From assembly GCF_032191835.1 (NCBI RefSeq), contig NC_083237.1:22630001-22694000 (forward strand): DNA of 64,000 nucleotides, in the 5' to 3' direction. Of this stretch, positions 1-13,218 are shown one piece after another. A program made the position numbers and the translations under genes. Under the pieces are notes generated by a model. The model was not told the DNA's origin. It searched no databases and was given only the letters and a program-made list of their open reading frames with translations. Every line of letters begins with the position of its first letter. Position 1 is the first letter of the stretch. Origin of the DNA: Heteronotia binoei. Taxonomy: Eukaryota.

Positions 1-2883
1 ATAGCCTCCAAGATTCGATACAGCCAGCAATTTATCAAGAATACATGTGTCAGCAAAAGGAAGCGAGAATATGAGAGTAAGATGTCTGTGCCCTTTTAGC
101 CTTTCAGACACAATGTGGGCGGCTCAGGCTGATATGCCAAATGTGTGATCCACCCACATTTCTGTCTTCAGGCTTTGTGGGGTCTGGGGGCTCAAGCACG
201 TGAGCCCCACACTTAATGAGTGTTAATGTTTTAAGCATGTTTTAGTTTAAGTTTTTTAAAAAATCTTTTAATTGTTTTTTTCTGTGTCTTTTATAAAATT
301 TATATCTCTGCTACCTAATCTTAAATAGGTACACACATGGCCCCTTCTACACATGTGTTCTGGTCAAGAGAAAGAGATTGAGTTTCTTGATGCTCTCAAT
401 GACTGTGCTATGGAGCAGATGGTCTCAGAATCTACCATGGGTGGGGCGATCCTGGATTTGGTCTTAAGTAATACCCAAGACTTGGTGAGAGATGTAAAAG
501 TGATCGCACCGCTTGGGAGCAGTGACCATAATGTTATTGATTTCACCATTTGTATAAATAGAGAATTGCCCCAAAAGTCCAGCACGACCACATTTAACTT
601 TAAAGGGGGTAAATTCCCTGATGAGGAGGCATGTGAAGAGGAAACTGAAGGGAAAGCTAAATACAGTCAAAACCCTTGGGGAAGCTTGGAGGCTATTTAA
701 AACTACAATCCTAGAAGCTCAGATAAAATATATACCACAAGTTAGGAAAGGCACAAACAGGTATAAGAAAAGGCCTGCATGGGTAATAAACAACGTAATG
801 GAAGCTGTAAAAGGTACGAAAGACTCCTTTAAGCGGTGGAAAGCTAGTCCAAGTGAGATTAATAAAAGGCAAATGACAAATCAAATGCAAGACTGTGATC
901 AGGCAGGCAAAAAGGGAGTATGAGGAGCAAATTGCAAAAAACATAAAGACCAACAATAAAAATTTCTTCAAATATATTAGAAGCAGGAAACCAGCCAGGG
1001 AGGCAGTGGGGCCCTTGGATGACCAAGGGGTAAAAGGATTACTGAAGGAGGATAGGGAAATGGCTGAGAAGCTGAATGCATTTTTTGCCTCCGTCTTCAC
1101 TGTGGAAGACGAGAAGTGTTTGCCCGCTCCAGAACCACTAATTTTGGAAGGGGTGTTGAAAGACCTGAGTCAGATTGAGGTGACAAGAGAGGAAGTCCTA
1201 CAACTGATAGACGAATTAAAAACTAATAAGTCACCAGGTCTGGATGGCATACATCCAAGAGTTCTGAAAGAACTCAAAGTTGAACTTGTGGATCTTCTGA
1301 CAAAAATATGTAATCTTTCATTGATATCTGCCTCCGTTCCTGAGGACTGGAAGGTAGCAAATGTCACCCCCATCTTTAAAAAGGGTTCCAGAGGAGATCC
1401 GGGAAATTACAGGCCAGTCAGTCTGACTTCAATACCGGAAAAGTTGGTAGAAACCATTATCAAGGACAGAATGAGTAGGCACATTGATGAACACGAGTTA
1501 TTGAGGAAGACTCAGCATGGGTTCTGTAAGGGAAGATCTCGCCTCACTAACCTGTTACATTTCTTTGAGGAGGTGAACAAACATGTGGACAAAGGAGACC
1601 CGATAGATATTGTTTAACTTGACTTCCAGAAAGCTTTTGATAAAGTTCCTCATCAAAGGCTCCTTAGAAAGCTCAAAAGTCATGGAGTAAAAGGACAGGG
1701 CCTCTTGTGGATCAAAAACTGGCTAATTAATAGAAAGCAGAAAGTGAGTATAAATGGGCAGTCTTCGCAGTGGAGGACGGTAAGCAGTGGCGTGCCGCAG
1801 GGCTCAGTTCTGGGTCCCATGCTCTTTAACTTGTTCATAAATGATTTAGAGTTGGGAGTGAGCAGTGAAGTGGCCAAGTTTGCAGATGACACTAAATTGT
1901 TCAGGGTGATGAGAACCAGAGAGGATTGTGAGGCGCTCCAAAGGGATCTGTTGAGACTGGGTGAGTGGGCGTCAACATGGCAGATGAGGTTTAATGTGGC
2001 CAAGTGCAAAGTAATGCACATTGGGGCCAAGAATCCCAGCTACAAATACAAGTTGATGGGGTGTGAACTGGCAGAGACTGACCAAGAGAGAGATCTTGGG
2101 GTCATGGTAGATAACTCACTTAAAATGTCAAGACAGTGTGCAATTGCAATAAAAAAGGCCAACGCTATGCTGGGAATTATTAGGAAGGGAATTGAAAACA
2201 AATCAGCCAGTATCATAATGCCCCTGTATAAATGGATGGTGCGGTCTCATTTGGAATACTGTGTGCAATTCTGGTCACTGCACCTCAAAAAGGATATTAT
2301 AGCATTGGAAAAAGTCCAGAAAAGGGCAACTAGAATGATTAAAGGGTTTCCCTATGAAGAAAGGTTAAAACGCTTGGGGCTCGTTAGCTTGGAGAAATGT
2401 CGACTGTGGGGTGACATGATAGAAGTTTACAAGATAATGCACGGGATGGAGAAAGTAGAGAAAGAAGTACTTTTCTCCCTTTCTCACAATAAAGAACTCA
2501 TGGGCATTCAATGAAATTTATGAGCAGTCAGGTTAAAACAGATAAAAGGAAGTACTTCTTCACCCAAAGGGTGATTAACATGTGGAATTCACCGCCACAG
2601 GAGGTGGTGGCGGCTACAAGCATAGCCAGCTTCAAGAGGGGGTTAGATAAAAATATGGAGCAAAGGTCCATCAGTGGCTATTAGCCACAGTGTGTATATA
2701 TGTGTGTGTGTATATAATTTTTTGGGCCACTGTGTGACACAGAGTGTTGGACTGGATGGGCCATTGGCCTGATCCAACATGGCTTCTCTTATGTTCTTAT
2801 GGCCCGGCCCAACATGGCCCAACCCAGCAAAGTCTCATTTATATCAGATGCAGCCCTCATAACAAATGAGTTTGACACCCCTG
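1..2883. mobile_element. Non-autonomous hAT-like MITE (left end before the window), interrupted by a CR1 at 344-2798
   Basis: Right terminus TGAGTTTGACACCCCTG (reverse complement of CAGGGGTGTCAAACTCA) ends at 2883. The sequence reads continuously across the CR1 at ATGGCCC. Confidence 0.6.
344..2801 (+). mobile_element. CR1 LINE, 5'-truncated, ORF2 (endonuclease end plus RT) disrupted by frameshifts and a stop
   Basis: ORF pieces contain LGSSDHNVIDF, KSPGLDGIHPRVLKE, GVPQGSVLGP and KFADDTKL. The 3' end is CTTCTCTTATGTTCTTATG. Putative 7-bp TSD ATGGCCC at 337-343 and 2799-2805. In-frame stop at 1615-1617. Confidence 0.97.
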
Positions 2884-2979
2884 GGCTATTCCTTCATGGT
2901 GGCTTCTTCATTGTCATGATTCATTGATTTCATTTTTTTAACAGAGAATCCAGATATTGTTGTTGACAGCCTATTGTAC

Positions 2980-3083
2980 TCCAGTTTTTTGTATGTTCAG
3001 TTCCAGCTGACTTGGTGTTGGGGTGTGGCCTAATATGCAAATGAGTTCCTGCTGGGCTTTTTCTACAAAAAAAAAGCCCTGGG
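2980..3083 (-). mobile_element. hAT-like MITE of the CAGGGCTTTTTTTGTAG family (carries an octamer motif)
   Basis: GTGTGGCCTAATATGCAAATGAGTTCCTGCTGGGCTTTTTCTACAAAAAAAAAGCCCTG; similar to copies at 7586, 10542, 37475 and 39955. Confidence 0.75.
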
Positions 3084-4075
3084 TATGTTGATTTTTTTGC
3101 TTTTCTCAAGCCTGTTTTGATTTTTTTTTTAAACAACCTCTATAAAACCATAACATTTCAGCACCAGCCTGTTGAGTAAAGATAAAAGGCAGTATTTAGG
3201 TTTCTACTGCCCCCTTTCATTTTCCATCTTTCCTTCTCAACTTAATTAATTATATCATGTTTTCTCACAGGAGTTATAAATCAATGGTAAATTACCTATC
3301 TATTTTTATCCAGCCCTTTTCCCAAAGTGATCAGGCTGCATGTATGGGCCTCTAGTCCCCCTTTTTATTCTCATGATAGCCCGGTGAGATAGGTTAAATT
3401 GAGACAGCGTGCCTGACCCAAGTACACAAAGTGGGGAGGGGGAGTTAAGTCCTGCTTTTTGCTTTGCAGCCAACCAAAGCTGCTGATCATTAAAAATGCT
3501 GCTTTGTTTTTTTTAATTTCATTTTTTAAATTAACATGTTTTATTTAAGCAAATATCAACATAACAAAAATAGAGGGGAAGAATGCAATACAGCAAGCTC
3601 CATAAGATGAGTATATAAGTAGCAAATAAACAAGTGTACAAACAATAAAACCTTCAGTAAAAATGAGAGGAGTATTGATGCAAGTAACAATATATCAGCC
3701 TATAAAAATTTGCCATCTCCTATATGAAAATACTGCTTTGTAATCCTGCTAATACAATAAACAATAGCATTTTTAAAATGAGTAGTATCTTTGGCTACAA
3801 AGTGGAAAACAGTAACAGAACATTAAGAACTGAGAACTGATCATTCAGAATTCTGGATAGTTTCAGTTTACATTAATAATTGAACCAGGAGAGCAGAAAG
3901 TACTTAATTAGGCTAATACAAAAGGACAATTGCAAGGACAAGCAGACCTTTTACTAAATAGGTTTTACTCCTGAAACGTATAGTAAGATCTTTTCCACAG
4001 GGGAGGATTTTCATGGGGAATTGTTAGTGTTAATTTATATACTGTATAGAACCCCAGTTTCAATTCCACTTTTAG

Positions 4076-4351
4076 AAGAAGAAGAAGAAGAAATTGGATT
4101 TATATCCCACCCTCCACTCCAAATCTCAGAGCGGCTCACAATCTCCTGTACCTTCCTCCCCAACAACAGATACCCAGTGAGGTGGGTGGGGCAGAGAGGA
4201 CTCTCACAGCAGCTGTCCTTTCAAGGACAACCTCTGCCAGAGCTATGGCTGACCCAAGGCCATACCAGCAGGTGCAAGTGGAGGAGTGGGGAATCAAACC
4301 CGGTTCTCCCAGATCTGAGTCTGAACAATTAACCACTACACCAAACTGGCT
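4076..4351 (-). mobile_element. tRNA-derived SINE, near full length
   Basis: On the - strand the head is AGCCAGTTTGGTGTAGTGGTTAA (A box) followed by GGTTTGATTCCC (B box), with a (TTC)n tail. Homologous to copies at 39054 and 49690. Confidence 0.85.
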
Positions 4352-5016
4352 CTTATAGCTGCTTGTGCAAGGGGAATCTTTCCTCAGCACAAAAGTGTCA
4401 TCATGTGGATAGTGCCCATGACTCACATATAATGAATTCCCCCAATATTTTCTGCAGTCCCTTTAAACCAGCCTGACTTAAAGGGGCTGTAAAAGAAAGC
4501 ATTTTGGACAAAACCAAGGGGATTTGACCATGGAAGCAAATTAGGCATTCGATTGGAGTGCTTGACTCAACTGTGTAAGAAGCCAATAACAAGGGCTACA
4601 AATGCATATTTATAAAACATGTGAAACCTTTTGGGAGTTGCAGAGAAAATAGCAGGGGGGGAGTATTAAGCACTTCCATCCTCCTCTGCCCCACTGCTAT
4701 TCTCAATTCATTCTCCAGAATTTATTTTCCTCTTATTTCAGAAGGGTGTTCAGTTCCTGTTACATCTGTTAAAACAAAATGCTGCCATTGGCTCCTAAGT
4801 ATCCTGTAGAGAACCACTCCTTGAATTCCATGATGCATCTACTTTTTTCAGTGTGTGTTTATTATGGGTGACGTGGGTAGGAGTACATCAGTGGGTAGGC
4901 CCAGGAATCCAGAGATAGTATTTATGGTGCAGAACAGCTGGGTGGCTGAAGTTAAGAACGAAAATATAAAAGTAATGTTGGACCAACCTTAATATGCTTC
5001 ATTAACGCTGTGGAGT

Positions 5017-5172
5017 CCTTGAAAGGGCAGCTGCTGGGAGAGCCCTCTCAGCCCCACCTACCTCACAGGGTGTCTGTTGTGGGGGGAGAAGATATGGGAA
5101 GCCGCTCTTAGTCTCTGATTCAGAGAGAAGGGCGGGGTATAAATCTGCAATTCTTCTTCTCCTCCTCCTCAG
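5017..5172 (+). mobile_element. 3' part of the same tRNA-derived SINE family
   Basis: CTCTCAGCCCCACCTACCTCACAGGGTGTCTGTTGTGGGG...GGGCGGGGTATAAATC followed by a TTC/CTC tail. Confidence 0.75.
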
Positions 5173-5569
5173 TATCAGAATGGGGGTTCTTTTGTCTGTC
5201 AACAAAAATCTTAGGCCAGCCCAGACAAAAACCCAATCCGTTTTCCATAAGAGAGATGTAACTTTGGGCTTAATGCTTCCTGGCCTGTGGAAACTCTACC
5301 GCTGTGGCAAAAGAACAACCCTTCTTGATTAAAAGCTATGCCATAGTCTCAAAATGGAACAGTTACGGAGTGACCTGAAGACTCAGATGTCCGCATGAAT
5401 ACTTATGGTCCCAAAGTGTGGGTAAATTTGCTTTTAATTAATACAGTGGCCATCTTCATAACTGCTGTTCTATAGACTGAAGGCTCCCAAAGAGACTGAA
5501 TAATGCATTTTGCTTAAACTTTTCCCCAACCTGTTGTGAGGCTGTATTTCAGAATTACCTGCATCTAGG

Positions 5570-5761
5570 AAGACTCAGCCGTCCATCCTTCCAAGGTCGG
5601 TAAAATTAGTACCCAGCTTGCTGGGGGTAAAGTGTAGATGAGTGGGGAAGGCAATGGCAAACCACCCCATAAAAAGTCTGCCAAGAAAACATCCTGATGT
5701 GACATCACCCCATGGGTCGGTAACAGCCCGGTGTTTGCACAGGGGACTAGCTTTACCTTTT
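5570..5761 (+). mobile_element. Sauria SINE, 3' portion
   Basis: GACTCAGCCGTCCATCCTTCCAAGGTCGGTAAAAT...GGGGAAGGCAATGGCAAACCACCCC...TTTACCTTT. Confidence 0.85.
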
Positions 5762-6118
5762 AGGTTTAAGTGGGCCTCACAGCTATGGTAAGGTACCTCA
5801 GCCTACATGGTGGGTGACTCATTTCCCATCAACCTTGATGGCTCAGCACTCGAAGGGAAAACCTCCTGCATGTGTTCTTGATAGGATTTGCAAAACCTGG
5901 GGTTCTCCCTGGATTACACAACTGATCTCCAAAATACATAGATCAATTCCCCTGGAGGAAATTAGCTTTGGAGGGTATTCCATGCCTTTGGTACACCACA
6001 GAGTCTAGAAGAACCAGAAGTCCTAGAGTGACATCACATCCCCACTCAGCTCCTTCCCTCCATAAGCTCCACCCTCCCCAGGCACTGCCCCCAAATATCA
6101 GCAATTTCCCGAGCCTGA

Positions 6119-6409
<291 letters not shown>

Positions 6410-6542
6410 TAATGGGGAATTATTACAGTTGTAACGTTACTGTGGAGTACTTTAATGGCATCAATTTTACAGCTTGTCAAAAAAACCTCAAAACCTAATT
6501 TGGTTAAAAACTACCGTGCTCTGTGTCACTTCTTAAGATCTA

Positions 6543-7000
<458 letters not shown>

Positions 7001-7147
7001 AGATGGGGGAGCTGGACTATGCATTCATCTGTTACATGCCAGTCAAGTGTCAAATTGGAGATTAGTGGAATTTATTCCACACAACATTTGCTAGGTTCAG
7101 ACCTGGAAATCTTGCCTGTGGTGAAAAGAATGAAATGGGAGGTGGTG

Positions 7148-7284
7148 CAGTGTTCCCTCTAAGCTGCATTAGTGTGAGCTAGCTCAGGTTTTTTTAGCCT
7201 CCGGCTGACACATTTTTGTTTTAGCTCAGGAAGGATGGCCCGAGCAAAGTAATTTATGTTGTAGCTCACAACTTTAATACCAGT
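7148..7284 (+). mobile_element. hAT MITE (CAGTGTTCCCTCTAAG family), right part missing where a Sauria SINE abuts
   Basis: Aligns to the complete copy at 12918-13112 up to AACTTTAATACCAGT. Confidence 0.8.
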
Positions 7285-7578
7285 AAAAAAAAAAAGGTAG
7301 TCCCCTATGCAAGCACCAGTCGTTTCCGACTCTGGGGTGACGTTGCTTTCACAACATTTTCACGGCAAGCATTTTATGGGGTGGTTTGCCATTGCCTTCC
7401 CCAGTCATCTACACTTTCCCCTCAGCAAGCCGGGTACACATTTTACCGACTTCGGAAGGATGGAAGGCTGAGTCAACCTGAGCCAGCTACCTGAACCAGC
7501 TTCTGCTGGGATCAAACTCAGTGAGCAGGGGGCTTTGACTGCAGTACTGCAGCTTTACCACTCTGCGCCACGGGGCTC
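7285..7578 (-). mobile_element. Sauria SINE, near full length
   Basis: On the - strand the head is GCCCCGTGGCGCAGAGTGGTAAAGCTGCAGTACTGCAG; the body has GAAGGCAATGGCAAACCACCCC; the tail is TACCTTTT. Confidence 0.9.
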
Positions 7579-7585
7579 TGTAGCA

Positions 7586-7691
7586 AGGGCTTTTTTTGTA
7601 GAAAAAGCCCAGCAGCAATCATTTGCATATTAGGCCACACACCCTGACTCCAAGCCAACCAGAACTGTGTTCCTGCTCAAAAAAAGCCATG
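7586..7691 (+). mobile_element. hAT-like MITE, CAGGGCTTTTTTTGTAG family
   Basis: Terminal inverted repeats AGGGCTTTTTTT and AAAAAAGCC; internal ATTTGCAT at 7621-7628. Confidence 0.75.
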
Positions 7692-8610
7692 CCAGTTTAC
7701 TGCTTGCCATAATAATTCTAGTTGTATTAGCTCAAAAAATGGCATGTAACTCTTGCTTGTTGTAGCAAGTGGGACCTGCCTAGTGTGGGATGCAGAGCTG
7801 GAGAAGGAAGCAGTGGAAAAGGCACAGGGGCTGCATCTGTTGTGATTTCAGACCTTCTAAAGCAGTTGACATAATCTCTAGGGTTATCACCTGGCAAAAT
7901 GACTAAAAATGTCTGTAATGTTTTTCTTTTGTGTTTCCTCCACTTCTGCTGCAGACAGGTTAGGTGGCAAGCAAGTAGAACAGCCATCTTTTAAAAAGTC
8001 TCTTCAGCAAAAATTGGCGCCCCTCCCCAGGACCATCTAAGATCTGTTTTTTCTTTTTTAAACTGTACAGCTGAAGCAATGGAAGAAATAGATTGTAAAT
8101 GAGTTAAAACAATAACTGGGGAAAATTGGAGAGTGGGGGGGAAGCAGAGATCCGTAGAGAATTGTGGGAAGGGAGATTATTTGGAAATTCCAGCTCACCC
8201 TGAAATCTCCAGGATTTACTACTCTTTCATTCTTTGGAGCAGGCTTTATTTTCCGTCATCGGTTTTCACTTTTAATGGTTTCTCAGTTGCTCTCAATGTT
8301 TCGTGCCTCATAGAGCACACTTAAAACTCAACAGCCCATTTATTTTGCCGGGATTTGAGTGTATTCATTTTGCTTTCGCTTCTTTTGTGTAGCCATCTTT
8401 TTTCTGATGCTTGACAAGGCGCCAGAATGTGCAGAAATCCTTACCTTATCCACGGGTGGACCAGTATTGCTGTCTTTCTGATAGTCATGAGTCAGTCACT
8501 TTACCGTTAGATACATGTTTTACTGCTAGATGTATGTTGCTTTTCAAGCTGAGAGAAGACAGACAGAAGACTGTAACAACAGGAGCATTAGAAACAGAGA
8601 TGTCCGCATC

Positions 8611-8616
8611 TTTATT
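8611..8616 (-). terminator. MYL11: Probable poly(A) signal (AATAAA) of MYL11
   Basis: TTTATT on the + strand, about 240 nt past the MYL11 stop. Confidence 0.6.
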
Positions 8617-8852
8617 AAGACGTTTCACAGAGGAAGATCCCGGTCAAGTTAAGACTGGTAGAGGTGCACAGGGTTTGGTGTTGGAGGGGTGTAATTTTCC
8701 TCCCCCAATAATAATAATAAATAATTGATTGACATTTATATTGTTGGTTCACAAAAATGTGTGGATCACCCGGGACCAGCGTAAAGAAAACTCCCCGGCC
8801 TGGGGGTGTCTGGGTGGATTCCCCCACAACACAAGGGTGGGAAATGTGGGGT

Positions 8853-8957
8853 TTATTCCCCTTCCTTGTCCTCTCCGTGTGTGATGACGTAGCAAATGTT
8901 CTTGTAGTCCACGTTGCCAGCGACATCTGGAGGGAAAGCGTGCCACATGTTCTTGAC
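8853..8957 (-). CDS. MYL11: Fast skeletal myosin regulatory light chain, exon 7
   Basis: [34 protein letters not shown]; CAG acceptor at 8960-8958. Confidence 0.97.
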   Translation of the reverse strand, partial: VKNMWHAFPPDVAGNVDYKNICYVITHGEDKEGE

Positions 8958-10026
8958 CTGCATGGGGAACCGGAGCATTAGCACATCTCTCCTTCAGTAC
9001 GTTGATTGGCATCTTTAAATAAAGATGGATCAGTATGTGTAGGGTGAAGTATCTGACAGAGGGAGCTTTGACTGTTGAAAGCTTATACCCAGGAACTGTT
9101 GTTGGTCTTTAAGGTGCCCCAGACTCAAATCATGCCCTTCTACTCTACACCAACACAGCTGACCAACCTGAAACGATCTTTGTGGGTACAGTGTAAGGCT
9201 GCCAGGTCCTACTTTTGATCTGTTAGAGGGCTCCTATGTACTCCCCAGAAGTGACATCACGCCAGCGACACTCTAGGTTTTGGGCAAAACTCTATGACGA
9301 TGTCACTTTCAGGAGACGTCATGGTGCTGCGTTTCGGGGTATTTGTGGATGGGGAGGAGCCCACAAAAGTGGAGGAACCCCACCTAGACCTGGCGGGGCT
9401 GGCAAGCCTAGCAAAGTGGGAAATTCAGGTGCAAAGAGGATGCTTTACAAATGAAAAAAGGTGTTTGTTTATTGTTTTTACCTGGCTTTCACTAACTGCT
9501 TTTCAAGCTTACCATCTGTCACTTTTACTGTGATGGAATTTTGCCATTTAAACCAGCCAATATTGACACAATGGGAGTGCTTTGGACAACAGGACATGAG
9601 CTATGATTTATCAATGGTGGCAGAAAAGCTCTGCGCATGTTCAGAAACTCTTAATTATCCCTTGATTAAAGCACTGCCCTGTCCTGAAATTAAACCAGGT
9701 TGTGGGGAAGAAACAAACACCAGTTAGCTCCAGTATCCAGATCTGGACATCAGTCAATGGATGTTTATTGAAAGCAAAAGACCACACAAAGAAGAGAAGG
9801 GAGGGAAAAGACTGTGGGGAGCCCTGCTTCAAACTATGGATGCCTCCTTCACAAACAAACCTCCATTGGTTCATGATGTTTAATAACGCTGATGCCATAC
9901 TCTAAGACCTTGTAAAAACTGGATTTGGAAACAAAATATTGATATGGAGTAGTGTGTGGCAGAAGACATATGAATAGGAGGGCAGAAGGAAGAAGATACA
10001 GATGAGAGAAGAAATGGCAGCCTTAC

Positions 10027-10075
10027 CTCTTCAGGGGTGAACCGGTCACACTGGGTGGACAGAAGCTCTTCCAAA
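10027..10075 (-). CDS. MYL11: MYL11 exon 6
   Basis: (F)LEELLSTQCDRFTPEE; 49 nt; CAG acceptor and GTAAGG donor. Confidence 0.97.
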
Positions 10076-10541
10076 CTGTGGGAAGCCAAAGAAAACAGGG
10101 CGTGTGAGAGGGGTTCCCAAATATTAGGAACCCTCTATCAAACTCACCCCAAATCCTCCAGCTTGGGAGGCCTCAGAGCCCAAAGAATCTCTCCACCTGT
10201 GCTCACAATCCTACATAAATGCAAAATATGTTCCTGCTTTATTCTTTAGCTTGCTAATGGGGCCATTTCTCAGCAGGCAACTAATTTCACCTCTTTGGAA
10301 TCCGGGGCTGTCAGACTTTCTAATCCAAAGATTCAAGGTGGTGGTATATCAGTTCCCCTCCCAAGGGAATCCTGGGAACTTCCATTCTGCGAGGATGGGC
10401 CAGTGGAATGTGGTCAGAATTCTCTCTTCACATAATGCTTATAATGCACATTTCCAAGTGGAACCAATCACCGAATGAGCCTTAATGTGGGAGATGGTGC
10501 CTCTAGGAGATAGTACCTCTAGGCATGGTGTGGGGGTTAAG

Positions 10542-10641
10542 CAGGGCCTTTTTTGTAGAAAAAGCCCAGCAGGAACTCATTTGTATATTAGGCCACACCC
10601 CTTGCCAACCAGAACTGCGTTCCTGCTCATAAAAAGCCCTG
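10542..10641 (+). mobile_element. Complete 100-bp hAT MITE, CAGGGCTTTTTTTGTAG family
   Basis: TIRs CAGGGCCTTTTTT and AAAAAGCCCTG; perfect 8-bp TSD GGGTTAAG at 10534-10541 and 10642-10649. Confidence 0.9.
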
Positions 10642-10738
10642 GGGTTAAGTACCATCAAGCCACGTCTAACTTAACGTGACGCTATACATTCATGACCTCC
10701 AAAATGTTCTATCGTTAATAGGGGGAGTAGGTACTCAC

Positions 10739-10817
10739 AATTGCTTCTTGATAGTGCCCTTGCCATCGGGGTCCAGCACTTTGAAGGCAGCCATGATTAC
10801 GTCCTCGGGATCAGCGC
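10739..10817 (-). CDS. MYL11: MYL11 exon 5
   Basis: (G)[25 protein letters not shown](F); 79 nt; CAG acceptor and GTGAGT donor. Confidence 0.97.
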
Positions 10818-10913
10818 CTGGTGGAGGCAAAGAGCAAATGGGAGGTGTTAACAGTCCAAAGGGTGAAGATGCCATCTACTTGGAAAAAGGGCAAAACGGG
10901 GGAAATCACTCAC

Positions 10914-11018
10914 CCTTCAGCTTCTCCCCAAACATGGTAAGGAAGACGGTGAAGTTGATTGGGCCACTGGCCTCTTTGATCATGGACTCCAGCTCCTCAT
11001 TCTTTACATTTAGGCGCC
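10914..11018 (-). CDS. MYL11: MYL11 exon 4
   Basis: (G)[34 protein letters not shown](G); 105 nt; CAG acceptor and GTGAGT donor. Confidence 0.97.
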
Positions 11019-11124
11019 CTGTGGGGACAAGGAAGGGTGACTGAGGACTGGGTTTGTAGGATCCATGGGCTACCCACCTCCTCTTCACAAGGTCCTGCTG
11101 TTCCAGGCATCCCTCTTATCTTAC

Positions 11125-11200
11125 CCATGGCACCAAATGTGTCTCTCAGGTCTTCCTTGTCAATGATGCCATCTCTGTTCTGGTCAATGACAGTGAAGGC
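11125..11200 (-). CDS. MYL11: MYL11 exon 3 (Ca/Mg-binding EF hand)
   Basis: [25 protein letters not shown](G); 76 nt; TAG acceptor and GTAAG donor. Confidence 0.97.
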
Positions 11201-12014
11201 CTAGGAAGAGAAAGAGAGAAAGAAGCCATGGCAGGATAGCAGAAAATGCATTTCCACATTCAGCCTAAACTACAATGGACCTGGATGATAACGTGCTGTA
11301 TACAATAGCTCTTCTTTCCAACTGCCTTTGATTCTTGCATCTGATTCCAACTGTCCTCAACTTTGCATGGAATCTGTATAAGAATTCAGCCACTCACTAT
11401 TTGCATAGCATATTTGCATTTTCGGCAAGTTCATTCCAACACAATTCTTTCAGCATGTCTGCAAGGGTGGCATATAATCAGTTTTGTACAAATTCTCTTT
11501 TAATGAAAAGGATGTCAAATAAACTGTTCTGTCTTCAACATCAATTGGCCAGTGTACAAAAAGGACACTTTGGGGCTCTGATAGGTGACCCCTGGATTAT
11601 TCCCTGCCTTCAGCTGTTATCTGACAATATGGAAGACATTCCAACCTGAGTAATGGCCAATAACAAAGTTGGCTGCAATTTCCAGCTTAGATCATCACCT
11701 TTTATGAAGGCTGACCCTAAATCAATTCAGTTAACACAGGCTCTGTAGGGTAGTGCTGAGGAGAAGAGGAAAAAATGGGATACACTTCACCAATTGCAAG
11801 TCATCATGGAATTTGGGCCTCAGACCTGATATGCGTTGGAGGTCATGAATGCTCTGACAAAGATGACTTGCAGTACTGCCATCACTGAAATAGCACTTTA
11901 ATGTTATTGTAATGATTATCGAATTGGTTTTACTGTTTTAGTTTGCCTATCGGCCTTGTTCGCCACCCTGAGCCTGCTTCGGTGGGAAGGGCAGGATATA
12001 AATGGAAGGAAAGG

Positions 12015-12170
12015 AAAGATCCCCTGTGTAAGCACCAGTCGTTTCCGTCTGGGATGACGTTGCTTTCCTGGCAGACTTTTTACGGGGTGGTTTGCCATTG
12101 CCTTCCCCACTCATTCACACTTCCCCTCCAGCAAGCTGGGTACTCATTTTACTGACCTCGGAAGGATAAA
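12015..12170 (-). mobile_element. Sauria SINE, 3' fragment
   Basis: CCCCTGTGTAAGCACCAGTCGTTTCCG...GGGGTGGTTTGCCATTGCCTTCCCC...CTCGGAAGGAT. Confidence 0.8.
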
Positions 12171-12917
12171 TGGAAACAAACAAACAAGTGATTGCAAAAT
12201 TAAAGGAAGAGGTTATATTAATGGCTTCTACCTATCTGAAAAGCCCTAATATCAAGAGGGAGAAAAATTAACATGGGCAAATGAGGAACAGCCAAGATAC
12301 AGTAGGGATGGATTGTAATTAAACAGTTTCAATATCTTTAGGTAGCAGTGTAGGGGGACAGAATCTAAAAACTAATTTTTTAGCAGGGTTGCCAGATCTT
12401 TCTATAGAACTTACAAACATCTCCTGATTTCTGCCCTTCATGAAACAAAGCATCATGGGATTGGAGAGGGGGTTACCTGACCAACTTGATTCTCTTTTGG
12501 CCTCTCCCCCCCACCCCCCCTTCTCTGCAGCTGTGCCCTAGAGACACCTGTCACCCGATATCCCTCTTTGCGTCTGCCAGGAATGGAAACAATTTTCTTC
12601 TGTCTCCTATTAAACCCCAAGCCCCTCCCTTGGGAGACAGGTGGTACATTCCAAAGGAGCTGTTGATGAGATCTCCAGAGGCTGCCACTGTGGGGAGGGG
12701 GAAGGAGGGAGTCTCCGCTGCTGCCTTGCCTCACTCATTCCCCTTCTCTGCTTCACTCCACATGTGTCTCCTTCCTTCCTGCTACAAAGGAACTGCTTGA
12801 TAGCCACAATGTGCACACAGCCGGTCCTGTCCTTCAGGGAATGCACAAGTGGAGGATTTGCCAATGCTCTCTCTTCATTTGAAACCCACCCCCCTGTAAA
12901 TTACAAATACTGGGAAT

Positions 12918-13112
12918 CAGTGTTCATTCTAAGCTGAGTTAGCGTGAGCTAGTTCACAGATTTTTAGCCTCCAGCTCACACATTTTTGTTTTAGCTCAGG
13001 AAGGATGACTCCAGAGCACAATAATTTATGCAGTAGCTCCACAACTTTATTGCCAGTAGCTCACAAAGTAGAATTTTTGCTCACTAGACTCTGCAGCTTA
13101 GAGGGAACACTG
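12918..13112 (+). mobile_element. Complete hAT MITE (CAGTGTTCCCTCTAAG family)
   Basis: TIRs CAGTGTTCATTCTAAGCTG and CAGCTTAGAGGGAACACTG; perfect 8-bp TSD CTGGGAAT at 12910-12917 and 13113-13120. Confidence 0.92.
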
Positions 13113-13218
13113 CTGGGAATGGTGAGAGGCAGAAATTGCATTTCCCCAACAATCCCCCATTGTGGCTGGAGTGCCACAATGAGGCCTACTTCAGAAGCGC
13201 AATCCGGATCCTTTCCGG

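Noticed and set aside
895-2514. Long RT-like ORFs here and at 30500-32570 as host genes or an active LINE
   Set aside because: They are 5'-truncated CR1 copies with frameshifts or stops and TSDs; not autonomous.
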